A stretch of 57,992 nt of DNA, counting the filler, from Diploschistes diacapsis (taxonomy: Eukaryota), in NCBI GenBank assembly GCA_023645945.1. It is 5 parts of 5 records of this genome, joined end to end, with 100 filler letters (N's around TTAATTAATTAA, not from the genome) between each part and the next. Parts side by side here need not be neighbours in the genome. Positions count along the whole stretch, not along the records: positions 46,496 to 57,992 come from JALAIB010000826.1; 4 more parts are not named here. The stretch is one strand, 5' to 3'. Under the pieces are notes generated by a model. It made no database searches. It saw only the letters and a list, made by a program, of their open reading frames with translations, and was not told the DNA's origin. How positions within the stretch are numbered: the stretch's first letter is position 1; each line of letters starts with the position of its first letter. The translations under genes and the position numbers were made by a program. This document shows, in pieces, positions 46,506 to 57,172 of the stretch.

Positions 46506-49500
46506 TCAAATCCCCCTGACCTTTTGATAGTTCGGCGGCTTCACACATCTCCTCACCACCCTCCCCACGTAGACCGGCACCACGCTGACAGCCGTGATCG
46601 CCGCCAGCCTCCACACGAAGCCCACGCTCAGCACAAACTTCAGGTCGAAATACTCTCCCAAAAACGGCACGCTGGCGGCATACAGCAGAAACGTCGCGAA
46701 GATCGCCGCGACCATCATCCAGTGCCACGTCGTGACCTCGACGGCCGCCATGACGAGCTCGTTCAGCACCAGCACGCTGAAACTGACCGCCGCCATCGTC
46801 GGGTCCGCGAAGGCCGTCGGATCCCCCCGATCCTTCGAGTTGGGCTCCGTGACCCTCCCCGTGAGCAGCTGCGCGAGGAACTGGATGGCGAAGCCCTGGT
46901 ACGTGGAGATGGCGAGCCACACCAAAAAGGACTTGTAGCTCAGGCTCTTGCCCGTCTTGAGCTCCTTGTACAGCTCCGGGTACAGGTTCGCCAGCTTCTC
47001 GTCCACGTCCCTGTCCAGCACCAACGAAAAAATGGGGAGCTGCGTGTACGCCGTCGCGTAGCCGACGATCAGCCAGTCGCGGAACAGGGCGTCGGGCTGG
47101 AAGCTGGCGGCGATGCTGAACACCGTCTGCGCGACGGAGATGACGAGGCCGCGGTGGATGATGAACTGGCCGAGCTTGGCGGAGCGCTTGTACGAGTTGC
47201 GGCCGTGCCAGACAAGGAGCTTGGTCAGGTGGTGGAACTGCGTGATCGAGAAGTCGGCGGCCAGCGAGGCCTGCCGGCCCTCTTTGCCGACGATGCCGAC
47301 ACCGACGTCGGCGGCTTGGATCATGGAGACGTCGTTGCCGCCATCGCCGATGCAGGCGATGCGTTTCTTCGTGTGCTGGCGGATCAGAAGGGCGACGTCG
47401 GCTTTCTGGGTGGGCGAGCAGCGGCAGGCGACGACGGCGGGGAGGAGGACGGCGAGGGAGATGAAGGCTTGGCGGTGGTGCAGGAGGAGGTAAGAAAGAG
47501 AGTCGCCGTCGATGAGGAGCGCGGTGGATTCAGGGTTTGCGGCCAGAAGAGACAGGGTGTCGGAAACGGCGGTAGGGTTGGTTTGGACGGATTTCTCGAG
47601 GGAAGTGATGGTATATATGTGCTGGGATCGGGAGACGAGTTTGGACGAAATGGCGACGCAGCGGGCGGTTTCCACCTTGTCGCCCGTCAACATCCATATC
47701 TTGATGCCGGCGTTGCGAAGAAGCTCGAGCGAGGGCTTCACATCTCTCTGGAGACGATCTTCGACGCCAGTCACGCCGAGGAGTTCCAGGTTGTACTCGA
47801 GGTGCTCCTTGATTACTGCTGCCATGCTTGCATCGCGAGACTGAAGTGACATCGACGCGTCTTTGTACGCTGCCTGGAATTCTGCATATTGTTGGGCAGA
47901 CAGTTTCCGACGACCGACTACGAGAGTCCGTAGACCTTCCCGTGCCATGTTCGCAGTCTCTTCATCGAGCCAGTCGTTGGCCGCAACAATATTGGTCATG
48001 ACCGTGTCGGCGCCTTTCTGGTAGAACCATATCTCACCAGCTTCAAGGCTCCTGGATGTACTTGACTCGGATCCCTGGAGGTACTGAAGAATTATACCCA
48101 TCCTCTTGCTGTCCGAGGTGAAAGGGAAAACCTCCAAGATCTTGACACGCACAATGATTCGTGACGAAGCGACGGATTGCAGGGCGATGCTCTGCCTGTC
48201 ACGATGCATGAGCCGGAGGCCTACGCTCTCTGTCCAGCGAACTATGGCAATCTCGTCGGGCGATGAGGCTTGGTAGGAAGTCACAGAATGTCCATTCTCC
48301 TGGTCACTAGTAGGAGTAACGTTATGGCACAGCGCTAAAGCCAGAACAATGTCACGCACACGGGAGCCGATCTCCCTCCTCGTTCTTGTCCCTGTTGTGG
48401 AGGATGTACTCAAAAGAGAAGAGGGCGTTACGAGGAAAGCAGGCTGGGTCACATCGTCGCTGCTTGCTGTTCCAAAGCCTTGCTTGACGTACGAAGAGAC
48501 TTCTTCCATCGCCTCATTAGCATACGATACTGTGCCAACGTGAACTTTTCTAAGATCCATCTCTGTCTTGATATTAGCCTAGCCGGATTCTATCACTAGG
48601 CTGCCTTCTTACCATTCTGCGTCAACGTCCCAGTCTTGTCACTTAACAGATACTCAATGCGTCCAAGGTCCTCAGGTATTGTGCTTGTTCGGACGACTGC
48701 ATCAGGCATATCCTTATCATGCTGAATAAAGTATGCGTATACCGTCTTACCGATATCGAGATTGACTCTTATGCTGATAGGGATGATCGAGGAGAAGAGG
48801 ATCAAGAATCGACAGACCGAAACATACCATTCTTTCTGCAGCTCCTTGTAATATGCCTGGAAGGCAACCAGAACCCCGGCAAGAGTCAGCGTCAATGCGC
48901 AGAGGATTTTAGTCAGATTGTTGATCTCCAGTTCCAGGAGGCCAACCTTCGATCTTGATGCTGATGTCGAGAGAGCTTGCCGAGTCTGCGCACCAGTATA
49001 GATAACAACCGCCAGTATGGTTGCATTAGAAGCAAGTATTGTATTGGCCCACGCTGTGTTGTCAATCGACAGAGGCGCCGAGGAAGCTTGCTGATCTTCC
49101 ACTGCTTCTCCCGTACCGTGAGATCCTCGGCCTTCTGTAATCTTCGGAGCGAGTTCGATCCGACCAAGGAACTCGTTGACCTTCTTGGATGGTTTGCCCG
49201 CCGCTATTGTTAACCGCGTGAAGTCTGCTGGAAGAAGCGACTGCGTTAAAGGCGTTGCGAGTCTCAGCTTCCAATCAGTCTCTCCATCCAGCTGGTCTGT
49301 CCGAATGAAGGTTTCCCCATTGCCTCCCTCATCAGCTGCGGTAAGGTTGGCTTCTGACCTTGATCCTTGATTGCTCGGTTCAGCTCTTGGGGGATTATTC
49401 TCGTCTCCTTGCTCAAATAGAAGATCTGGCTGCTTGACATGCGCAAGGCCTATAGATACCGCCGAGGATTCCGAGGTATAGCTCTTCAAGATCACCACGT

Positions 49501-50521
49501 CCGCGGGCACCCGATCGTTCTTATAAAGTTTCAAAACGTCCCCAACCTTAATGTCTCTCGACTTCACGTAGATTTCGTCAATTTCTGGAATTGAACCTCC
49601 GGTCTGTTCCTCCTCGCAGTCGTTAGCATCTAGACGGTCTGCGCCAGGTGGGTTGCGGTAACCGTTCGGCTTTGACCTGCCCCTTTTCTTCTTTTTGCTT
49701 TGCGACCCAGCTGCAGGACCTCTTAGCTGAAGCATGGTATACAACTCCCTGTTGGCTTCTCCGTCTCTTCGCCGCCTTATTACATCGTCATACGCTTCTT
49801 TGCCCAGAGTAACCGACAAGACGAACGCAAGCGGCGCCATGTATGTCCATAAAACTCCAATTCGCAAAGGGGGTATCAACTGAGACAATGCGACAATTAG
49901 AAAATATAAATTGATAAAAAAAGAAAACTCGTTGTATAACATTCGGGGAAGGAAGCTCCATGGGGTGTACTTGGCGTTCGAAATTGCGTTTGGGGGGAAG
50001 CGAGGAGGTGGGTATTGCCCAATATTGATGCTTCTGGGAGCAGACTTCACACCCGCCTCGGATGCATCTGCCACGCTCTGCTCTATATTGTGATAACCTG
50101 CCTTGCGAGATTTGAATGCTGACAGCCCCATGCGGCCTGCAAGACCGCTGGAAGCAGCTGGGTCTCGTGCCTGCGTGTTCCCATCCTGTTGTAGTAGCGG
50201 CGTTGAATCGCCAGCAGGGTGCCCTTCAGAGTGTTCGTCCTCCTGCGTAGCGGGGCCAGCACTGCTCACTTTGTAACCACCATCGTCTACCGTATCCTGA
50301 AATCTTTTGGCTCGTCGGCCTGAGGCTCGCCCTTGAAGTGGGCCCAATGGGATCTGATCAGCATCACGACGCAAGGCTCCGCGGCCGTGACCATCTGAAG
50401 AGTTATCTTGATAATAGAAAGGTCCTAGCTCGCGCAAGTCGAGTTCCAGATCGGAATCGTCGAGATTGTCTGGGATTGAATTTGGTGCGTTCGGTTGATG
50501 ATATTCGTGGCCTCTAGGCAT
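46506..50521 (-). CDS. NEO1: P4-ATPase phospholipid flippase, Neo1/ATP9 class, 2 exons
   Basis: NAISNAKY, TDQLDGETDWKLR, LSDKTGTLTQN|EM, YQASSPDE, MLTGDK, CIGDGGNDVSMIQAA, HGRNSYKRSAKL. Intron 48612-48563. Confidence 0.96.
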
Positions 50522-51076
50522 CTTATCATGGACACGCAGAGGACACAAGACGTTTCTCGCGCCGCATCTTATAGTCAGTCGTACAGCTCGAGTAATTGAT
50601 GCCTAATGCAAAACTTGATAATCTTGATGCCCAATCAAAAAAGCTTGGTTTAGAGGTTTTTAGAGGATGTGGTTTTGGGTGGTTTTATCCACCTGCAGCT
50701 GGCGATCAAGAGTTGACTGAAGGTCGGCGCACGGCAATTGCTTCCTCCGACGCGCAAAAGCCTACAGCTATGAACCTATGAACGTCAGTAGTCAAATGGC
50801 CAGCTATCATTAAGATGGCGAAGAATATTTGCACCACTACCAGATTTGCACGCTCGGTGTGATTTATAGATAAGTTCTTTCCTTCATTCATTGGGATGGC
50901 GTTTCTTTAATCACGCTCTTGGTATGTGCAATATCTCATTTTGGGGGTTCATGTCCGGTAGATGGTAACTTGAAGGCCTTCAAGTGACATTACATTTCTC
51001 TCACCAAAGGAGAGTATTCCGCATGGCTTACTGGTATTAGACTATCTACAGATCTGCTCTATTGCACACAGCGACT

Positions 51077-54000
51077 ATGGAGCAAGATGTTCCTCCGCCA
51101 TCTGCAACCTGGAATCCCGCTTTCAGACCCGACTCCGAGGTAGATTTGCTAGACGACCCTGAACCGATGGAAGAGAATGGCTTGGGCTATATTAGAGAAA
51201 CGAAAGAAGTTCGGGAACGGAGGGCGAGCCTGCGACAGGAACTATCAAAACCCATCAACGAATATCCACCAGCGCCTAATTTCGATCCAGCTGTTACAGC
51301 GCAAGGGGAGGAAGCGATACCATCCCAGCCAGGCAACAGCCTCCTAGATTTAGACGCAGCACAAATTTCGAGCGAAAAATCGTTGTCGGCGCAAAATCCC
51401 GGTGCGATAGCAAGTTTAGGGGTCGCGTCAGATGTTGCCGATGCTTGGCGGGAATTTGATTCGGACTTGATCGATTTCAGAAGCCCAGCCTACACAAACT
51501 CATTCCCAGCTGTGCCTGCAAGGGAACATATAAACCCACCTACCATACAGCCACCCTTTCATTCCCAGGCAGGTACCTCAATGCAAGCAGTAGTCGAAGA
51601 GCAAGAGGATAGGAGCGAAAACGATGCATGGAAAGACGAGTCCTGGTCTTCCCAGCAGGTGAACCACAGTGGTGGTGGAGGCTACTTCTCTGAAGTCCAG
51701 ACAAGTAGAGAGGAAACGATGACACCAGCCGACGAAGAAGCGCGGTTTGAAGAGGGTTTACCACTAGTCTCAGTCGCAGAACCCGCAACAGACTCCAATG
51801 GCGCAACTATTCAAGAGACTCCTAGTGCATTCGATGACAATTTTGGTGGTGAAGAGGGTGACAATTTCTTCTCTCAATTAGGGCAAGAGAGCGCATCAGC
51901 TGAGATAATAAGACAACCGAAGCCTCTAGAGCGCAAAACTACAGAACAGGTGCTTAACACCATGGATCTGGTAACTTTCAACTCTCCTCAAGTTGAGAGA
52001 CACATGGAACCTATTTTGGAAGATCATCTAAATCATGAATCGAGTGGCGCTGTTACAATATCTGATGGGTCAAATCCTTTGACAGCATCGGGTTCAGACA
52101 CGAAAGAAGGCAATCTTGCAGCTTTGTGGGAAGCAGCCTTGGGCGATGACATGCTGGATGACACGGTTGACCCAAGCTCATTCTTCGACGATAACAACGA
52201 AGGGTTTCTAGAAGAAACGAATGAGAGCTCAACGTTTCCTGACGTTCCTGCTCTCCCTATCCCAACAGCTTCTACCCAGTACATTCAGCAGCAACCTCCG
52301 CAATACTCCCAGAACAATATAACGGGAGGCGCTTCTAGCCATCCGCAATACGCACCGAACGGTTATTTCGCGCCGAACGCTCCGGTGGCTACTGGGTACA
52401 ATAGATCGGAATCGCCTTTCAGCACTCAACCTACACGTCCTGCCATAGTCGACAGAGCCCAAAGCTTTGCTGATAAATCGAAAGGGGGCTATTCTTCTCC
52501 ATATGACGCACCGATGGACCTTAGTCGACCAAAGCGGATGCAGCCTGCACGCAGTGCTCAAATTATCGGCCGAGGAGCCCCTGCACCTGCACCGCCACCT
52601 CGAAGAAACGACAGCTTACAATCGAATTCAGCTATTTCAGTATCGAGTCCGCTACCATATATGCCATCACCCACGCTGCCACATGATCAAGGAGTACCAC
52701 CACAGTCGATTTATGCAGCTAACCCCACCAACGCTACCGCAAGACCTCAACCTAAGTCAAACCAAAGCGGATTCTTTGAAGATCTCCCGTCACTTTCAAA
52801 ACCTAGAGCATCAAGCTTTGGCCGCTTCGCTCAACCCGCATCTCAGCCAGCGCCTCCCCCTCCACCTTCTAGCTTCTCAAGACAGCAGCAGCACGCGCCA
52901 GCCTTCCCCCCTAAACTGGCCCCCTCGTCTGTGCCGGCTCAACCCGGCTTTCCAAGACAGCAACAACAACAACAACAACAACAACAGTATGCACCAGCCC
53001 CACCACATCAACCGACTCCATCATCTGTGCCGGCTCAACCCAGCTTCCCAATACAGCAGCAACAGCAGTATGCACAACCTTCACCATCTCAACCCCCTCC
53101 CGCATCTGCACTGGCTCAAAAGCCAAATCAATTTGGACTTGTCGGCCCTGAAAGGATTATGCCATTCGCGGAGCCTGTACACCAAGCGCCTACTCCGGAT
53201 CCGGCTCAGCCGAACTCATCTGTGGCCAGAAGGTACTCACTGGGCCTCCAAATACAGCCAAATCCGCAAAGCCAGCCGTCAGTGACAGCATCTAAATACA
53301 GCGGGCCTGTAGGTGCTTCCATTCCCCGGGCTCCTTCCGTTCCTCATCAATATACGCCACACAGGCCAAGTCCGTTAGCGAGAAGCGCCTCAGTGTCCCA
53401 AAATTACAGACCCGGGGAGAGAGCATTAGGGAGCATTGATGATAAAGCTGAATTTCCCAAAGCCGCCAGAAGACCTTCGTTGAGGACTGCTCAAACTACG
53501 CAAACCTATAACCCGAATGCATCGGCAAACGCAGGTAGCTCAGGTCGTTCCACTCATACTCACCCGCTAGAACAAAGCCAGGTCCTTTCTCCAGATCTCC
53601 GACCAATTGAGCCAAAGGAAGTTATTCAGGCTCAAATCCCCGACGTTCAGGAACTGGCAGAACCACCTGATATTTCAAAGAGGCCAAAAGCTGAGCCTGG
53701 AGGTCCAGCCAACGACCGAGCACCGAAACAAATGCCTAACCCGCACACAGTATCGCAACACGCATCCCTCCCAAATGTAGCGCGTGCTCGCGGCAATTCA
53801 ACGAACACAGAAGTCAGTTTCATACCGCCTGAAGATGGCCGTGAGCATGATCAGCTTAGAAGATGGCAAGGTGCTCCAATCTGGTGTTGGGGCTTTGGTG
53901 GGACGATCGTGACTAGCTTTCCACAACGGACGCCTAGATATGCCGCTGGCCAAAGGACCCCGCTTATCAAATGCAGCCCTGGCGGAATAAAAGTTCGATC

Positions 54001-57000
54001 AATGAAAGTTCTATCGCCAGATGAATTAGTGGCATCCTTCCCTGGCCCGCTAAAATCGAAAAGTAAGAAGAAGGAGGTTCTTGAATGGTTTCACAGTAGC
54101 ATTGAAAGACTTGAATCGCAATATGTCCAGATTGCTCCGAGCAGCTCGCTAGATATACGGCAACGACTTGAAGAGAAGATCCTGCTATTCAAGCTGCTAG
54201 CTGTTTTAATCGAGTATGATGGAGTGTTTGAAGGAAATGCCAATGCCGAACAGGCGATCCGCAGAATACTATCACCAGAAATCGAGTTCGTAGGTCAAGC
54301 TGATCAAGCTTCTTACGAGTCGATCGCACCAGTTACGGGAATAAACAACTTGGGCCCAATGATTCGGTCACCTGTTACGCCTAGCACCAATGCCATAGAG
54401 ACGTTGAGAAGATATCTGCTGGGAGGGGATCGTGAGAAAGCTGTCTGGCATGCCGTGGACCAGAAGTTGTGGGGCCATGCTATGATTATAGCATCAACCC
54501 TCACGAGAGAATTAGGTCGGCATGTGGCGCAGGAGTTCATCCGCAGCGAGGTCAAGCCAGCCGGGAAGAATACAGGGCCATTAGCTGCTCTCTATGATGT
54601 TTTCTCAGGAAACTGGGAAGAAAGCATTGACAAGCTCGTACCTCCCTCAGCCAGGGCAGGATTGCAAATGGTAAACAAATCGGGCCCCGGTAATCCCGCA
54701 ACAACTGGTCTAGAAGGGCTGAATCGCTGGCGCGAAACACTGAGCCTTTATTTGAGCAACCGAAGTGTGGACGACCCGAAAGCGATGGTAGCGCTTGGCC
54801 AGCTGTTGACGAGCTATGGGCGCTATGAGGCTGCTCACATCTGCTACATCTTCTCTAGATTGCCGGGGATGTTTGGCGGTCCCGATGATCCGCAGACTTC
54901 TGTGATTCTTCTAGGAGCCGATCATAGGCAGCAACCAATTGATTACGCCAAAGACTTTGAAAGCATTCTTTTGACCGAAGTCTACGAATTCCTTTACTCT
55001 GTACTCTGCTCAAGCACACCTGGCTTTTCCATGCCTCATCTTCAAGCATTCAAGCTCTACCACGTTGAAGTTCTTTTGGAACAAGGGCTCTTGGAAAAAG
55101 CCCAGCAATACTGTGATGCAATCACCAGTGCTGTCAAGGGAACAACGAAAGTTTCTGCGTACTTCCATCCTCAACTACTTATAGCTCTTGAAGAGCTGAA
55201 CGCTCGTCTCGGTCAATCGCCCAAAGGGACATCGGGTTCCTGGATGTCTGGAGCCAGTATAGACAAGGTGTCGGGATCGGTCTGGGGTCGGTTGTCTAAG
55301 TTCGTAGCTGGCGACGAGGAAAACAGTTCTTCTGTAGCGTCAGGCCGGCCAGATACGGAAGGACCATTCGCGAATATAAGTGGTGACACACCTCCGACAA
55401 TCAGCCGAAATTCTTCCCCTTTCGGAGGAGCTTACGCCCCCTATCCTACGGGAGCTACGTACGCACCTGGCGTACCTGCCACGTCACCGAGCGCTGTGAA
55501 TACTCGATATGCGCCTAGCTCAACCGGCTCAACATATGGCTCTCGTCAACCAGAAAGGCCAAATCCTCTAAACCAAGGATACGGGCTTTTGCCAGGTTCG
55601 TCACCCAATGTCTCAAGATCGCAGTTGCAACAACCATCACAGCCAGCAACAACCATATACCCATCCGACAATGAGCGGTCGCTACCTACACCACCAACGC
55701 TGTCGAAATACAGTCCTGACAATGGTGTGCAAAAACCCCTTAACGCAATGCCTCCCACCAGAATGTCAGAACCGCAAATGTCACCCCCATCTTCTGAAGC
55801 TGGTAATTCCCGGCCAAGCACAGGCCAAGGTGGGATTCCTGGCATTGGAGAGAATCTACTTTCACCTAATGAACCTCGATATAACCCTTATCAGCCGTCG
55901 TCTACGACATCAGACAGATACTCTCCAGGATACGCTCCCCGCTCGGCTTCATACGGACCCCGTTCCGCTTCCCTTGAGCCTAGGTCTGCATCATACGAGC
56001 CAATGTCTACAACGTATCAACCTCGTTCCTACTTACCTTCGCCGAATCCTGACAGACCAGCAACTAGTCAGGGAGAAACCTATCAGCCAAGCGTGCCTAT
56101 CTACGCAGAGTATTCGCCTGAGATTCCAACCATAGAAACCCCTGATGCAGGCCAACAAGGTATGGGTCACGAGCCACCGGAACCCTCCCCTCAGCCTGTC
56201 TTCTCCTACAAACCCGGCTATGAACCGCCTTCAGCAACTTTTCCACTCACACCATCGTCAGGCTATGAACCAACATCAGCCACCTTCAGCCCAGCCACAA
56301 ACTCCAGCTACGCTCCTCCCTCTGTAGGAGGCTACGAGCCCCCCTACTATGCCACAGGCGCAACCGACGACGTCACCTCCCCCAAGTCCCCGCGAAAAAA
56401 GAAATCCTTCATGGACCTCTCGGATGACGAAGACGGCTTCGGCTCCCGTTCCAAAAGGAAAGACAAGTCGGCCAAAGGCCGCGACGCGGACGACGCCTTC
56501 CGGCGCGCAGCAGAAGAGGACGCCAAACGCGACGGCACCTCCAAATCCGGCAGTGGGGGCTGGAGCTTAGGCAGGCTGTGGGGCGGAGGGAAGCCGAAGC
56601 AAGAAGCGCCAAAGCAGGAGGTCAAGGCCCACCAGATGAAGCTCGGTGACGAGAACAACCTCTACTACGACAAGGAGCTGAAAAAATGGGTCAACAGGAA
56701 CGCAGGTCCCGACGCGGCGACACCGAGCGCCCCAACTCCCCCGCCGCCCAGGGGCCCACCCAGTCGAACAGTCTCGGCCGCCCCTCCAGGCGGCGTGAGA
56801 CCTTCATCCACCGCGCCTCCGATCCCCAGCGGACCGCCGAGCATGGCATCCAGCCGCAACGTATCGCCTAGCCTGGCCCAGGGCAACCACGCTTCACCGC
56901 CCGACAGCGCGGAGACGGGGTCTGTGGGCGGAGCTGCGCCTGCCATGCCCGGCCGTGCTGCTTCCGCCCTAGCTCCTGGCGCTGGTGGCGCTGGGCTCGC

Positions 57001-57172
57001 AAGCGGGCTAGCACCCCCTTCGAGGCCAGGGACGGGCATGAGCGGTGTGAGCACGGCGAGCAGTGGGATTGACGATCTGTACGGTGGGCCGCCGCAGGCG
57101 AGGAAGGGCGGGACGGTCAAGGGGAAGAAGAAGGCGAGGGGGTACGTAGATGTTATGGCTGGTAAAACGTAA
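51077..57172 (+). CDS. SEC16: COPII coat assembly protein Sec16, single ORF of about 2031 aa
   Basis: WNPAFRP N-terminus, KPLERKTTEQV, DRAQSFADKSKGGYSSPYD, central domain PIWCWGFGG..FPGPL..GDREKAVWHAVDQKLWGHAM, LGDENNLYYDKELKKWVN and C-terminal KKKARGYVDVM. Confidence 0.95.
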   Translation: MEQDVPPPSATWNPAFRPDSEVDLLDDPEPMEENGLGYIRETKEVRERRASLRQELSKPINEYPPAPNFDPAVTAQGEEAIPSQPGNSLLDLDAAQISSEKSLSAQNPGAIASLGVASDVADAWREFDSDLIDFRSPAYTNSFPAVPAREHINPPTIQPPFHSQAGTSMQAVVEEQEDRSENDAWKDESWSSQQVNHSGGGGYFSEVQTSREETMTPADEEARFEEGLPLVSVAEPATDSNGATIQETPSAFDDNFGGEEGDNFFSQLGQESASAEIIRQPKPLERKTTEQVLNTMDLVTFNSPQVERHMEPILEDHLNHESSGAVTISDGSNPLTASGSDTKEGNLAALWEAALGDDMLDDTVDPSSFFDDNNEGFLEETNESSTFPDVPALPIPTASTQYIQQQPPQYSQNNITGGASSHPQYAPNGYFAPNAPVATGYNRSESPFSTQPTRPAIVDRAQSFADKSKGGYSSPYDAPMDLSRPKRMQPARSAQIIGRGAPAPAPPPRRNDSLQSNSAISVSSPLPYMPSPTLPHDQGVPPQSIYAANPTNATARPQPKSNQSGFFEDLPSLSKPRASSFGRFAQPASQPAPPPPPSSFSRQQQHAPAFPPKLAPSSVPAQPGFPRQQQQQQQQQQYAPAPPHQPTPSSVPAQPSFPIQQQQQYAQPSPSQPPPASALAQKPNQFGLVGPERIMPFAEPVHQAPTPDPAQPNSSVARRYSLGLQIQPNPQSQPSVTASKYSGPVGASIPRAPSVPHQYTPHRPSPLARSASVSQNYRPGERALGSIDDKAEFPKAARRPSLRTAQTTQTYNPNASANAGSSGRSTHTHPLEQSQVLSPDLRPIEPKEVIQAQIPDVQELAEPPDISKRPKAEPGGPANDRAPKQMPNPHTVSQHASLPNVARARGNSTNTEVSFIPPEDGREHDQLRRWQGAPIWCWGFGGTIVTSFPQRTPRYAAGQRTPLIKCSPGGIKVRSMKVLSPDELVASFPGPLKSKSKKKEVLEWFHSSIERLESQYVQIAPSSSLDIRQRLEEKILLFKLLAVLIEYDGVFEGNANAEQAIRRILSPEIEFVGQADQASYESIAPVTGINNLGPMIRSPVTPSTNAIETLRRYLLGGDREKAVWHAVDQKLWGHAMIIASTLTRELGRHVAQEFIRSEVKPAGKNTGPLAALYDVFSGNWEESIDKLVPPSARAGLQMVNKSGPGNPATTGLEGLNRWRETLSLYLSNRSVDDPKAMVALGQLLTSYGRYEAAHICYIFSRLPGMFGGPDDPQTSVILLGADHRQQPIDYAKDFESILLTEVYEFLYSVLCSSTPGFSMPHLQAFKLYHVEVLLEQGLLEKAQQYCDAITSAVKGTTKVSAYFHPQLLIALEELNARLGQSPKGTSGSWMSGASIDKVSGSVWGRLSKFVAGDEENSSSVASGRPDTEGPFANISGDTPPTISRNSSPFGGAYAPYPTGATYAPGVPATSPSAVNTRYAPSSTGSTYGSRQPERPNPLNQGYGLLPGSSPNVSRSQLQQPSQPATTIYPSDNERSLPTPPTLSKYSPDNGVQKPLNAMPPTRMSEPQMSPPSSEAGNSRPSTGQGGIPGIGENLLSPNEPRYNPYQPSSTTSDRYSPGYAPRSASYGPRSASLEPRSASYEPMSTTYQPRSYLPSPNPDRPATSQGETYQPSVPIYAEYSPEIPTIETPDAGQQGMGHEPPEPSPQPVFSYKPGYEPPSATFPLTPSSGYEPTSATFSPATNSSYAPPSVGGYEPPYYATGATDDVTSPKSPRKKKSFMDLSDDEDGFGSRSKRKDKSAKGRDADDAFRRAAEEDAKRDGTSKSGSGGWSLGRLWGGGKPKQEAPKQEVKAHQMKLGDENNLYYDKELKKWVNRNAGPDAATPSAPTPPPPRGPPSRTVSAAPPGGVRPSSTAPPIPSGPPSMASSRNVSPSLAQGNHASPPDSAETGSVGGAAPAMPGRAASALAPGAGGAGLASGLAPPSRPGTGMSGVSTASSGIDDLYGGPPQARKGGTVKGKKKARGYVDVMAGKT
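52868..53100 (+). repeat. Intragenic repeat in SEC16 (PSSVPAQP.FP.QQQ units about 96 bp apart) including a (CAA)8 tract
   Basis: tctgtgccggctcaaccc occurs at ~52928 and ~53024; polyQ run at 52961-52984. Confidence 0.8.

Noticed and set aside
46524..47849. 441-aa ORF antisense to NEO1, and similar antisense ORFs over Fpg, SIR2 and SEC16
   Set aside because: Shadow ORFs caused by high GC3 or low complexity on the coding strand; no recognisable motifs.
11423..57172. Apparent trafficking cluster (SEC13, IST1, NEO1, SEC16, PEX20)
   Set aside because: The genes lie on different contigs joined by artificial spacers; only within-contig pairs are real.
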